A DNA stretch of 64,000 nt from a virus, in the IMG/VR virus record IMGVR_UViG_3300024259_000012, one strand, 5' to 3'. The notes under the pieces were generated by a model that saw only the letters and a list, made by a program, of their open reading frames with translations, had not been told where the DNA came from and ran no database searches. A program made the position numbers and the translations under genes. How positions within the stretch are numbered: the first letter of the stretch is position 1; the number at the start of each line of letters is the position of its first letter. Of the stretch, positions 1 through 8,873 are shown one piece after another.

Positions 1-48
1 TGTAACCACTTCTATTAATGTTTTTTTCTCATTCTCAGTCAAGGCCAT
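1..48 (-). CDS. 5' end of a hypothetical gene running off the window (MALTENEKKTLIEVVT...)
   Basis: ATG at 46-48 preceded by a GGAGA SD; open to window edge; TATTTAT-type motif upstream at 98-107. Confidence 0.6.
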   Translation of the reverse strand, partial: MALTENEKKTLIEVVT

Positions 49-97
49 CGTGGGAGTCTCCGATATTTATATATGGTTGTATGTGTCTGTATTCATA

Positions 98-107
98 TAT
101 AAATATC
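98..107 (-). promoter_or_regulatory. TATTTAT-type promoter motif (GATATTTATA)
   Basis: Same core recurs in intergenic gaps at 8857, 12488, 14008, 32602, 35784, 39761, 41230 and 48688. Confidence 0.5.
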
Positions 108-167
108 AAAGACCGCATTTATATGCTCAATATAACATAATAAAATTTAATATAAATTTTATCGTGT

Positions 168-299
168 TTACAGTTTGGTCACATAAACGCTAAGAAATAT
201 CAATGCGATTACCACGATAACTGCCCAGTCCTGAGTTTTGAATTTCTTCTTAGCTACTACAGGTGTAGCTTTTTTCTTTGCTACTGTCTTCTTTTCCAT
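168..299 (-). CDS. 43-aa small membrane protein (Lys-rich N-terminus, one TM helix)
   Basis: MEKKTVAKKKATPVVAKKKFKTQDWAVIVVIALIFLSVYVTKL; GGAG SD; below the ORF-track cutoff. Confidence 0.6.
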   Translation of the reverse strand: MEKKTVAKKKATPVVAKKKFKTQDWAVIVVIALIFLSVYVTKL

Positions 300-471
300 G
301 TCTTTCTCCTTGTATTTTGTTGTATGAATTTAACTTGATTTCCACTCTATCCATTGCTTTCCAAATCTCACCTATCTCTTCCATCGTTCCGATGTCAAGC
401 GGTGTGTCGCTGAGTAGCATTGCATTCATCAATGCCACAATGGTGTGAACCTTCTTTAAATCTTTGTCCAT
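250..471 (-). CDS. hypothetical protein
   Basis: ORF; TAATG coupling to the upstream gene favours the ATG at 469-471. Confidence 0.55.
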   Translation of the reverse strand: MDKDLKKVHTIVALMNAMLLSDTPLDIGTMEEIGEIWKAMDRVEIKLNSYNKIQGERHGKEDSSKEKSYTCSS

Positions 472-674
472 TAGTATGCCGATGACCTTTTGCCACAGCT
501 TTGACATATTTGATAGGTGTCCGAACCGGCACCATAAAAATCTTCGGATATAACGTGGTCGGTTTTTCGTCCACAGTCACTGCAATGTTCTTTGAACTTT
601 TTGGGTTCGGTGATATCATCCCACGTTTCTTTCATTGCTTGGCCGATTCTCCAACCTAAATATTTAAGTCCCAT
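471..674 (-). CDS. small Zn-ribbon protein (paralogue of 675-875)
   Basis: CSDC...H...CQSC. Confidence 0.65.
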   Translation of the reverse strand: MGLKYLGWRIGQAMKETWDDITEPKKFKEHCSDCGRKTDHVISEDFYGAGSDTYQICQSCGKRSSAY

Positions 675-875
675 TTATGCTCCATCTCCTATATTTTTTC
701 TATCACATGTGTTGCACCATGCCTGTGTGTCGGTCATATTGTAGGAATTCATCGTTTCAATACATCTGTGAGTTGTGTCTTTTTTACATCGTGTGCAGTA
801 AAATATGCTTTCATACGAACTAACTGAATCTATAAAATCACATACTTTTTCAAAAGCCCAACCGAATATTCCCAT
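675..875 (-). CDS. small Zn-ribbon protein (paralogue of 471-674)
   Basis: CTRC...H...CNTC; GGAGA SD. Confidence 0.65.
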   Translation of the reverse strand: MGIFGWAFEKVCDFIDSVSSYESIFYCTRCKKDTTHRCIETMNSYNMTDTQAWCNTCDRKNIGDGA

Positions 876-884
876 TTCTATCTC

Positions 885-959
885 CTAACTAAATATTATC
901 CAAATCACCATCATTATACACAATACAAATACAAAATCATCTTCATTGTCAAAGTCCAT
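885..959 (-). CDS. 24-aa hydrophobic peptide
   Basis: MDFDNEDDFVFVLCIMMVIWIIFS; GGAGA SD; fills the gap between genes. Confidence 0.45.
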   Translation of the reverse strand: MDFDNEDDFVFVLCIMMVIWIIFS

Positions 960-962
960 TTT

Positions 963-1505
963 CTATCTCCGTCAGTCTAAAATTACGTTAAAATTAATAC
1001 CATCATTCAATACGTTTACATAGACGCTGACCGTATCACCACGCTGTGTCAAGACCGGTGCAAATATTGTGTTGAACTCACCATCCGCATTTGACAATGA
1101 TACCGGATTGATAATTGGTACAAGGAATACTTCCTCACCAAAATATATGTAACTCGTGTCAATGGCAATATATGTCAAGTCGTCCGTATATGCATAGTCA
1201 ACCACATATCCGGCGGTGTCTGAAATGACCCAATAGAAATCGCTTTCCCATTCTGCTCGTATGTTTTCAACGGGCTTACCCTCTCGGTAAACATGTCCGG
1301 TGAACCGGTTGAAAGTTTGCCATCTATTATTGTCAAGGGTCATGTGAAAGTATCCATTGGAGTCCTGCTCCAATTGAGGGTCAACTTCAATGGTATATTC
1401 CACCATTGGATTTTCACAGCTTTGGAACATCATAACTATGATAATGAAAATAATCACTACCAATCCCCAATTTACGTTCTGCGCTATTCGGTCACGGCGG
1501 GTCAT
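963..1505 (-). CDS. membrane-anchored or lipoprotein-like protein
   Basis: Hydrophobic N-terminus ending FQSC; ends at TGA 972 in code 11, or TAG 963 if TGA=Trp. Confidence 0.7.
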
Positions 1506-1603
1506 TATTTGCCACCCATGAATACCATTGCAAATAATGCTACTACTGAAAGCAGTTCAATGACCATAATGCACTTTGCTTGCAATTGCGTTATCTTAAT
1601 CAT
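1505..1603 (-). CDS. 32-aa hydrophobic peptide
   Basis: MIKITQLQAKCIMVIELLSVVALFAMVFMGGK; TAATG coupling. Confidence 0.4.
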   Translation of the reverse strand: MIKITQLQAKCIMVIELLSVVALFAMVFMGGK

Positions 1604-1883
1604 CCCAATACCTCGTCATCGTTTGACCTCTTCCAGCACCATCTATAATATATTTCACACCTGTGAGGGTGTCTTGATAGATTACCCATGATGGATATGT
1701 TGCAGAAGACATTTTAATTGGTTTGAACATTTCAGGAGCACGCTGTCGGTTTAGAATGTTTCGCACGCCTCTCTCTCGCTCACTGCCTTGGTTGGAAACA
1801 CAGGCTGTAATTGTGATGCCCGCCATAATAGTAATTATGCCCCACATGAGTCCAACATAAGTTGCTCTACTAAGCTTTTTCAC
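1596..1883 (-). CDS. putative lipoprotein
   Basis: Basic N-terminus, hydrophobic stretch, ITAC lipobox-like motif. Confidence 0.6.
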   Translation of the reverse strand: MKKLSRATYVGLMWGIITIMAGITITACVSNQGSERERGVRNILNRQRAPEMFKPIKMSSATYPSWVIYQDTLTGVKYIIDGAGRGQTMTRYWDD

Positions 1884-2040
1884 TTTCTTTCCTTTTCTTT
1901 TGAAGGCGTTTTTTTGTTTCTTTTTTCTTCGTCGCCTTATTCATTTCCGACCATGATTTTTTAGGTGGTCTCCGTCCAAGTCGTTTCTTGGGAAGAGTCT
2001 TTTCTTCCTCTTCAAGTCGGTCATAATCTTCGTACTGCAT
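1870..2040 (-). CDS. 56-aa basic hypothetical protein
   Basis: MQYEDYDRLEEEEKTLPKKRLGRRPPKKSW...; TAATG coupling. Confidence 0.55.
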   Translation of the reverse strand: MQYEDYDRLEEEEKTLPKKRLGRRPPKKSWSEMNKATKKKETKKRLQKKRKESEKA

Positions 2041-2501
2041 TACATTTCCTCGTTTTGTAGTTCGGTTCGTATCTTCATTAACAAGCGGCAGAAATCAGAT
2101 TTTTTCAACGACGTGTTGTTATTTCTACCAATATTGTGTGTAAGTTTTGAGTCGTTGGTTGCAAGCAACGCTCGCTTGCTTCCGTCGTGCTGTGTGAATT
2201 TAGCACGCAGGGCACCCTCGATTAATCGCAAGTGTTGGTCGCCGTGTGCTTCAAAGCCGACGCCTTTCCAAAACAGTTGCTTATGCTGTGGCCGGTTCCA
2301 CCACTTAGGACCCGAACCCCAACGCTTTGCGCCGATACCAACAAGCATACATCCATAGTGTTGAATGCCCTCATCCTTACGCTTTAACGCTTGAATGAAT
2401 CCTTCCATGCTTGCGCATACAACATTATCAAACACGAACGGAGATACCGCAAAGTTTGATAGTTGGCGTGCTGGCCATTTTGATTTGCTACCGATGTCCA
2501 T
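2040..2501 (-). CDS. NADAR-family ADP-ribose glycohydrolase, T4 gp30.3/AdfN-like
   Basis: WPARQLSNFAVSPFVFD, SMEGFIQALK, LFWKG, ALLAT..KLTH match the recalled T4 30.3 pattern (WPSCALSNFA..PF.MDG, EGFLQ..K, LFW.G). Confidence 0.8.
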   Translation of the reverse strand: MDIGSKSKWPARQLSNFAVSPFVFDNVVCASMEGFIQALKRKDEGIQHYGCMLVGIGAKRWGSGPKWWNRPQHKQLFWKGVGFEAHGDQHLRLIEGALRAKFTQHDGSKRALLATNDSKLTHNIGRNNNTSLKKSDFCRLLMKIRTELQNEEM

Positions 2502-2503
2502 GA

Positions 2504-2677
2504 TTATTTGGTGGAGATTAACTCCTGCAGTCGGGTCAATTCCTTTTTAGAATTTCCACGGCGGGTTTTGATGAGAGCAATCTGCTTCTCAGTGCTTCGT
2601 TTTGAACGTGCTACTTTACGTTCCTCTGCTTCTTCTCTGCGCAATTCTTTGCGCCATTTAAAATTTTCACGTTTCAT
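2504..2677 (-). CDS. 57-aa basic hypothetical protein
   Basis: MKRENFKWRKELRREEAEERKVARSKRSTEKQIALIKTRRGNSKKELTRL. Confidence 0.6.
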   Translation of the reverse strand: MKRENFKWRKELRREEAEERKVARSKRSTEKQIALIKTRRGNSKKELTRLQELISTK

Positions 2678-2875
2678 TTACACGTCCTTATATTTGTCAT
2701 CCAATGACTTTGGTTTCTTATACTTGTTCAATTCTTTTGTAGCCCAACTGTCAGCAAGAAATTTAAGCAAAAATAAAAATGCAATCCATATTCCAAGTAG
2801 GATTGCGTTTTCAAGCAACCACACAATAGTGGGGTCATCTGATATTCTGCTCGTTATAAAGTCTAACCATTTCAT
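2678..2875 (-). CDS. small single-TM membrane protein
   Basis: Hydrophobic segment IVWLLENAILLGIWIAFLFLL. Confidence 0.6.
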   Translation of the reverse strand: MKWLDFITSRISDDPTIVWLLENAILLGIWIAFLFLLKFLADSWATKELNKYKKPKSLDDKYKDV

Positions 2876-2882
2876 TGCATGT

Positions 2883-2911
2883 AACTTAACCTATGTGATA
2901 CCCAAATGCAA
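2883..2911 (-). promoter_or_regulatory. sigma70-like promoter TTGCAT-N17-TAAGTT
   Basis: Exact 17-nt spacer; same -35 hexamer as promoters at 12490, 54059 and 59676; ATG 7 nt downstream. Confidence 0.55.
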
Positions 2912-2914
2912 GTA

Positions 2915-3154
2915 TTATTTATACACTTTCCAATTTTCTACCAAATCTAAAAAATCCATCACTTCATATGATTTACCCTGTTCATCCAAAATTGTAACAT
3001 CTTGAATAACCTCGGGGTGCTTATCAACTATATAATTCAATGCTTTGAACCCGTCGTCGTATATGAATTTTCCAAGTGATTCCTCACCCAATATATTTGA
3101 TGAATTCATGGCGTCGCTCGTGGTATCGCCTGGAAGTAGAATGAAGTATTGCAT
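2915..3154 (-). CDS. hypothetical protein
   Basis: ORF in operon with TAATG coupling. Confidence 0.7.
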   Translation of the reverse strand: MQYFILLPGDTTSDAMNSSNILGEESLGKFIYDDGFKALNYIVDKHPEVIQDVTILDEQGKSYEVMDFLDLVENWKVYK

Positions 3155-3501
3155 TATTTCACCACGTCCAATTCCAAAAGTTTCATCTTTGCAACGTGGA
3201 TGTTGCGTTCACAGCTTTCAATTGATTCTTCATGCTCTGAAATTATTCCTAAATTGAGGTCTATTAAGTTTTGCCAATACGATATAGGATATTTGGTCAA
3301 TGACCACCAATCACTTTCGGGTACGCCGGAGCCACCCGCCCACTCTATCGTAACATCCTCAGTAAAATTGCATGAGTGGCATTCGTACCAAGTTCTACCC
3401 ATGTCATATTCCATATTACTGGGTGCCGTGTTTTTACGCTCTACATTTGATGCTCCACATTTAGGACATCTATCAGGCTTGTTGTAATATTCAGGGTGCA
3501 T
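3154..3501 (-). CDS. Zn-ribbon protein
   Basis: CPKC...CHSC; TAATG-coupled start at 3501. Confidence 0.65.
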   Translation of the reverse strand: MHPEYYNKPDRCPKCGASNVERKNTAPSNMEYDMGRTWYECHSCNFTEDVTIEWAGGSGVPESDWWSLTKYPISYWQNLIDLNLGIISEHEESIESCERNIHVAKMKLLELDVVK

Positions 3502-3728
3502 TATTTTATACACAATTCAACTAAGGCAACCCATGAATCAAGATAGTCTTGGTCAGTCCACCCTTGACAATCGCCTGAAGATTTCATAAATCCAGTTATT
3601 TGCGTTCCATGATTGGGGTGCCATCCCTTTCCGGAATTTTTCGCTTCTCGCAAAAAATCAAGTCCGGATGTTCCCAAATATTGTTGTGCTTTGATAACCA
3701 ACATTGTTGGTATTGGTTTTTCTGCCAT
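3501..3728 (-). CDS. hypothetical protein
   Basis: ORF with AAGGAG SD. Confidence 0.65.
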   Translation of the reverse strand: MAEKPIPTMLVIKAQQYLGTSGLDFLREAKNSGKGWHPNHGTQITGFMKSSGDCQGWTDQDYLDSWVALVELCIK

Positions 3729-3729
3729 T

Positions 3730-3963
3730 TTATTTCTCCTTTAGTAATTCATCTACATCAATCAAATATCCATCTGGGAATTGAATACTTACAATATTTC
3801 ATCCACCAGATTCGTTTGATTCATATGTGTTGACCACACCATATCTGGTGGTGAATGAATATGATATTATTTCATCACCAATCTCTTGAGTGTGTACCAA
3901 CTTACAACCCACCGGAATTGGCAATCCATCATCCGGAAATAGTTTTTCAAAGGGACTGGTCAT
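3730..3963 (-). CDS. 77-aa hypothetical protein with one TGA=Trp
   Basis: MTSPFEKLF...SGG(TGA 3799-3801)NIVSIQF...KEK-TAA; fills the gap exactly only with readthrough. Confidence 0.65.
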
Positions 3964-4749
3964 TTAGAATTCCACCACGTCACCCATGCGGGCAATGCCT
4001 TTGAACCCATGAGCTTGAACATCTTCGTCGGTCATGTCAACACGCAAAGCATCTTGATAATGTGACAGATAGATTTTTGATTTGGTATTCTCATGGAGTG
4101 TACGCAAATCTTCATAGTGTGCATGAACCCCTGATTTCAGCGGCTTACCATCCATGTACAAGTACTCGGTGTCATGGAAAATTACATCTGCCATGTTGTA
4201 AAAGTCTTGAATCTGATATGGTGCATGTTGGGTGTCAAGCGTCAAGAAAATAGTCTTGTCGTTCTCGGTAATCAATAATCCATATGATGGAACGAACTGA
4301 AAGCCGTTCATAATATGAATTGTCTGCACAGGTTGCAGTTTAATACCGTTCCAATTAACCGCCTTGTTTACGTTCATTGCCTTGACATTGAAAAAGTCGT
4401 CAAGTTTACAAATCTTCCCTTGAAGTGAACCCATGCCTGCAGATAGTGCATTGTTCCAAAGGGGTGCTACCAAATCTTCTGCCAAATACATCGTTGGTCT
4501 TGGGAGTGTTGGGTTGAAGTATGTTGCAAATCCAAGCCATTCAAGGCCGCCGATATGGTCACCATGTAAATGTGAAATATACACGGCATCAATATCTCCG
4601 AGTCCGAGACCCGCTTCTTTGTATGCCCACTTTGCATCTGAGCCAAAATCAATCGCCAGACGTTTCCCATTCTTCGCTTCAAGCGTGTACATGGTATTGA
4701 AATAATTTTGTGAGAAAGCCGAGCCTTCTCCTAATACTGTAAGTTTCAT
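3964..4749 (-). CDS. MBL-fold hydrolase, Apyc1-like (anti-Pycsar cNMP phosphodiesterase)
   Basis: GxGSAFS, HLHGDHIGGLE, LVAPLWNN, LDDFF, IFHD, GVHA, LSHY follow the recalled Apyc1 motif order. Confidence 0.8.
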   Translation of the reverse strand: MKLTVLGEGSAFSQNYFNTMYTLEAKNGKRLAIDFGSDAKWAYKEAGLGLGDIDAVYISHLHGDHIGGLEWLGFATYFNPTLPRPTMYLAEDLVAPLWNNALSAGMGSLQGKICKLDDFFNVKAMNVNKAVNWNGIKLQPVQTIHIMNGFQFVPSYGLLITENDKTIFLTLDTQHAPYQIQDFYNMADVIFHDTEYLYMDGKPLKSGVHAHYEDLRTLHENTKSKIYLSHYQDALRVDMTDEDVQAHGFKGIARMGDVVEF

Positions 4750-4752
4750 AAT

Positions 4753-5040
4753 TTATCCCTCGTGGTTTTCGCCTTCCATAATCTTTTCAAATATTGGAAA
4801 GGCTTCAACTAATTTGTCTGCACACTTCTCACAGAATATTCCTTCAATCGGCCAGTGAGATGTCATATTGTCATGATACATTCCCCAGCCACCATGGAAT
4901 GTCATGTGCAATGCCCCATCATATTGAAATCCACTCTTGATGGAGCTTTCTGCGTAATGTAACTCCGCATTGCAGTTATCGCAAGTACAATTTATAATTT
5001 CTTCGGTTCGTGTGACCTCGCTCAAACTATGCTTTATCAT
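4753..5040 (-). CDS. Zn-binding hypothetical protein
   Basis: CDNC...CEKC. Confidence 0.65.
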   Translation of the reverse strand: MIKHSLSEVTRTEEIINCTCDNCNAELHYAESSIKSGFQYDGALHMTFHGGWGMYHDNMTSHWPIEGIFCEKCADKLVEAFPIFEKIMEGENHEG

Positions 5041-5194
5041 TGGTGAACCTATCTGGATATAACTCTCAGATTTTACTCCGGATTGGAAATTTTATTGCGT
5101 ATTCAAGTTGGTGTACATATTTGTACACGTCAGACGTGACCTCAACCTTTATCATTTTACCGGTGGAATCTAATACATTTAGCGTTTGGTTCAT
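5027..5194 (-). CDS. 55-aa hypothetical protein with one TGA=Trp
   Basis: MNQTLNVLDSTGK...RSKI(TGA 5066-5068)ELYPDRF. Confidence 0.5.
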
Positions 5195-5563
5195 TTACTT
5201 GCTCCCTGTTAATTCGTCAAAATATTGTTTGGTGTTTCTCTGGATTGCCCGTTCTCTAAATATCTCTGAGCGGGCATCCAATTCTGCTTTGGTATATGTG
5301 TCAACCATGCTACCACATTTGAAACACACCTTCATAACTTTCATTTTTGATATGTTTCCGTCGTATTCATATCGTCCCGCCGGTGGTTTCGGCGGTGGTG
5401 GTGGATTTTTCATTGATGGAATATATGACCCCGTGATTGCCCCACTTGGGCTTATCCGATTGTTCCAAGGTGCTTTTTTATTTGAGAAAAACGACGTTCA
5501 TTCTATGTACCCCTCGGATTGCCGTAGAATATGTATTCGTATCCATCTACCTAATTTAGTCAT
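5195..5563 (-). CDS. Pro-rich hypothetical protein with one TGA=Trp
   Basis: TAATG-coupled ATG at 5563; TGA 5498-5500 in frame with the track ORF 5195-5413. Confidence 0.6.
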
Positions 5564-6210
5564 TATATAATAATCTCCTTCAAATGTCCAATTCTCAATT
5601 GTGGAATAACAAGCGGCTTGATACCGGTGGCTTTGTAAGCATCCAAACAGAACGATACGTCCTCACTTGAATTGTCTTGATACTTTCCGACCTTGTGTAC
5701 ATGCTGTCTGAAATATGGGTATTCCATTTCCCTGAATATTGATGAATGAACTTTACAGAATCCAAATCCGACGTAGCTGACTTCAACTGGGTCTTTCTTC
5801 CCAATCAATTCATCTTCATGCAAGAATTGCATACTGCCATTTTTCTCAAAATATTCCTCATTCCAATGTGCCACCATTGCCTGCGGGCTTCGCTGACCCG
5901 CATGGTCTTTAATGTACCAACCACTTGTGAATTTCTCGGGCCTGTCCAATAGCATTTTGACTTGACCGATATTATATACTTGGTCAGCATCAAACCACAC
6001 GAGCCATTCCGCTTGGTCAATCAAATGGTGGGGCTTTTTGAATCCGCCTCCACCGGTTGCTAAGAAATTTCTCGCATCAACATGTGTGCGATTTGCAACC
6101 GTGATAATCTGAGCGTCCACTTGATTTGCGTAGTCGTGCAAATTGAGTAGCTGTGGAATCAGCTTGGCAGATATGTTATCTCCGATTGGAATTAGGAATG
6201 CGTATTTAAT
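5563..6210 (-). CDS. GT-A fold glycosyltransferase, probable ATT start
   Basis: WFDADQ (DxD), VGFGF, SEDVSFC, IGHLK; frame open upstream to GGAGG-N6-ATT AAA TAC GCA (MKYAFLIP). Confidence 0.75.
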   Translation of the reverse strand: MKYAFLIPIGDNISAKLIPQLLNLHDYANQVDAQIITVANRTHVDARNFLATGGGGFKKPHHLIDQAEWLVWFDADQVYNIGQVKMLLDRPEKFTSGWYIKDHAGQRSPQAMVAHWNEEYFEKNGSMQFLHEDELIGKKDPVEVSYVGFGFCKVHSSIFREMEYPYFRQHVHKVGKYQDNSSEDVSFCLDAYKATGIKPLVIPQLRIGHLKEIII

Positions 6211-7169
6211 TTTAGCCCTCCCCCTCGCATGAGGTCACTTTGTTGCTTTGTAGTCTCGGCGTTCGGTTCTTGAACCTCTCCCTCTCGGCTTATGGTATCA
6301 ATATCTTTTACATAATGCTCTTTCATTTCACGCTTTGAGTCCAATGTCCAAATGTAAAATTCTTCAGTTTGTCTAACATAGCCAACAACTGCTTTTCTTG
6401 GCAGTTCGGGCTTGCGTTGATATTGTGCGTATGTTTCTTTAGTTGGTGCAACCAGATTGAATCCACACACCCTATTGTATTCTTTTGCGAGCAACTTACC
6501 CATCGCTTCCACTTCTTCGGATACTTGCCAGACAACTTGAATTGGCATAGCCATTGAACCACTTACATTTGCCCACATTCTATATAATGCATTTGTTTCT
6601 GCACCGCATAATAAACAGTGAACATTATTTGTGAGGTATGCTAATTCTACCAAGTTTGGATTTCCTGTGGCGTAGCCGTCAAGCGTTTCCATAACAGATG
6701 GAACGTCCCATGGACGCAGTTTGGTTTGGAATTTAGGGTCTTCCATGGCGAGCGTCAAGATATCCTTGCGCCTAACAAAAGGTGATGGAAATTGTGCTCT
6801 ATCAACTACGGTTCCCCACAGTTCATTGTCTACCAATTTCACAAGATAATCTTTGTCCACGCTTGGCTTGAAGTGTGGATACACATTTTCATTCTGCTGG
6901 AAGTTCCGCATGAGTTGAAAATAGCGTGTAAGCTCGTTTGACTTGTAGTAATATCCTTCAATTGGATATGTCTCAAGTCTCGGACTTCCCGCTCTAACCC
7001 AAATACGTTCTGCCTTTGGAAGCAGTTCATTTGCTTCAAAGGTCATCATTTCACCACGAATCAGATTGTCCATCATGTAAAAATAATCATCGTTATTGAT
7101 GACTATGGTTTCACCATAAAATGTGGTGTTACTGTCAAAGTCAACTATATTATTTAGCACCGTGTCCAT
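6192..7169 (-). CDS. hypothetical protein (weak DUF3160-like segment)
   Basis: Long ORF; GYYYKSNELTRYFQLM resembles a recalled DUF3160 motif, with no other support. Confidence 0.6.
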   Translation of the reverse strand: MDTVLNNIVDFDSNTTFYGETIVINNDDYFYMMDNLIRGEMMTFEANELLPKAERIWVRAGSPRLETYPIEGYYYKSNELTRYFQLMRNFQQNENVYPHFKPSVDKDYLVKLVDNELWGTVVDRAQFPSPFVRRKDILTLAMEDPKFQTKLRPWDVPSVMETLDGYATGNPNLVELAYLTNNVHCLLCGAETNALYRMWANVSGSMAMPIQVVWQVSEEVEAMGKLLAKEYNRVCGFNLVAPTKETYAQYQRKPELPRKAVVGYVRQTEEFYIWTLDSKREMKEHYVKDIDTISREGEVQEPNAETTKQQSDLMRGGGLKLNTHS

Positions 7170-8043
7170 TTTCAATCTCCTCAATTTTCTCTTTTATAAA
7201 ATCTTTGACATTTCTATGCGGCTTCCAACCGTATCCATTGAACTCACCATCTGAAAGCGTGTCTGCCATCTCACCCTTGGGGCGGCTAACAAATTTAAAA
7301 GTTGCATCTGGGAACAGACTTGCAAGCTCATTCAATGAATGATTTTCACCTCTACCCAATTCAACCGGCGAATACATGCTACATAATTCATCATTATCAA
7401 CTGCTGTGAATAGCCAATCAACAATATCATCAACATGAGTATAATCCCTACGTTGGGCGCCGTCCCCCGTGATTGTCAATGGCAACCCTTGCTCGTATCT
7501 ATCCAACCAAATTCCAAGCACCGTTCCAAATTCAGTGTCGCCAACCATGTGGTCACCATATACATTGTAAAATCTAACTGACACAGCGTTGACATCATAT
7601 AGCGTATAATACATTCTACACAACTGCTCTCCAATTGCCTTGGATGTGGTGTATGGATTTGCATACATGTTGCCCGTCGTTGACGATGAGCTTGAAAATA
7701 TGACCGTTGCGCCGGTTGATTTAGCATATTCCAATATATTGATAGTTGAATCTATATTATTTTTCAAAAACAGTTTCGGATTCTTCAATGAAGGTTGAAT
7801 TCTTGGAAGTGCCGCCAAGTGAAATATCACATCAGGCTTCTCCATGAAATATGTATAATCCTGCACCGTTGTAAGGTCTGCATTGTAGTATTTAACATTC
7901 TTGTGGTCAATTTCATTTGACCTCGTGCCTGTACTGAGATTATCTATCCCAACTACGGTTCATCCAAATTCAACCAATTGCTTGATTAGATTGTATCCAA
8001 TGAATCCATTTGACCCCGTGACTATACATTTTTTATTTTTCAT
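7150..8043 (-). CDS. NAD-dependent nucleotide-sugar epimerase/dehydratase, TGA=Trp at codon 28
   Basis: The GSNGFIG Rossmann motif joins the catalytic YTTSK, RFYNVYG and RDYTHVDD only by reading through TGA 7960-7962. Confidence 0.9.
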
Positions 8044-8809
8044 TCAATATTACTCCCATGTTCTCTAAATCTTCCTTAAACAAAATCCGCAGTTTCAAGT
8101 CGGGATTTGATTTTCTAATAGCCTTAAATTTGTCCTCTTGCAAACTCCAATGGTATGCATTCTTTACATCCACATATGTATCCTCATCAATTAAATAGAA
8201 ATCTGGATAATATGAATGCTCTTCACCATCAATCACATATGGGATTCTACCACGATGACATTTGAATTTTACATCATTCTCATCCAAATGCTGTATGTAT
8301 GCACGTTCCCAAGTTCCTTGAGCTTTTACTGTGGTGCCGTCTTTCAATATGCAATCGTATCATTTGCAGCGTCCAACTTGAACTCCATCCATCTTGCCGT
8401 CCGCTCATGCCTTTTTAGTCATATCAATATGTCTTTGCATGAACTCGGGGTCTTTGAATAATTCTTTGCGGGTGGCACTTGCTTTAGCTCTCGCTTCTGG
8501 TGATTTCATGCCGTTCTTGTCACCAATATTCACAACACCCTTTGACGTTTCACTTATCTTTTTACTATGCTCTAACCACATTTCATGGGCTTTCTCAGCC
8601 CCGTGCTCTTCGGCTCATATACTTTCAACATTTTTACCAAACATACCACTTTGTTCTCCCGAGCGACCATACATTTTTGCTCGCTGTTCTTTAGTCATTT
8701 TAGCATTGTTAGCACGTTTGGTTTTGCCCAATTTACGGTTTCGCTCTGCCCACATTTCGTTTGCTTTTTCTTCGCCGTATTTCTCAATCCATATTTTCAA
8801 CACATTCAT
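8033..8809 (-). CDS. free-standing homing endonuclease (repeat DNA-binding N-terminus plus TnsA-like PD-(D/E)xK domain), 3 TGA=Trp
   Basis: YYPDFYL...VDVKN; TGA at 8615, 8405 and 8360 join two track ORFs; own GGAGA SD and promoter. Confidence 0.75.
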
Positions 8810-8856
8810 AATCTTTCTCCTATTTAAGCTATGGTAGTAACTGTTTCCCATCCATA

Positions 8857-8868
8857 TATAAATAGCAC
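8857..8868 (-). promoter_or_regulatory. GTGCTATTTATA promoter motif
   Basis: Identical 12-mer at 14008-14019 and 32602-32613. Confidence 0.6.
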
Positions 8869-8873
8869 GAAAG

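Noticed and set aside
62-107. Perfect 14-bp inverted repeat GATATTTATATATG / CATATATAAATATC
   Set aside because: Explained by two opposed copies of the AT-rich TATTTAT motif; nothing supports a transposon end or origin.
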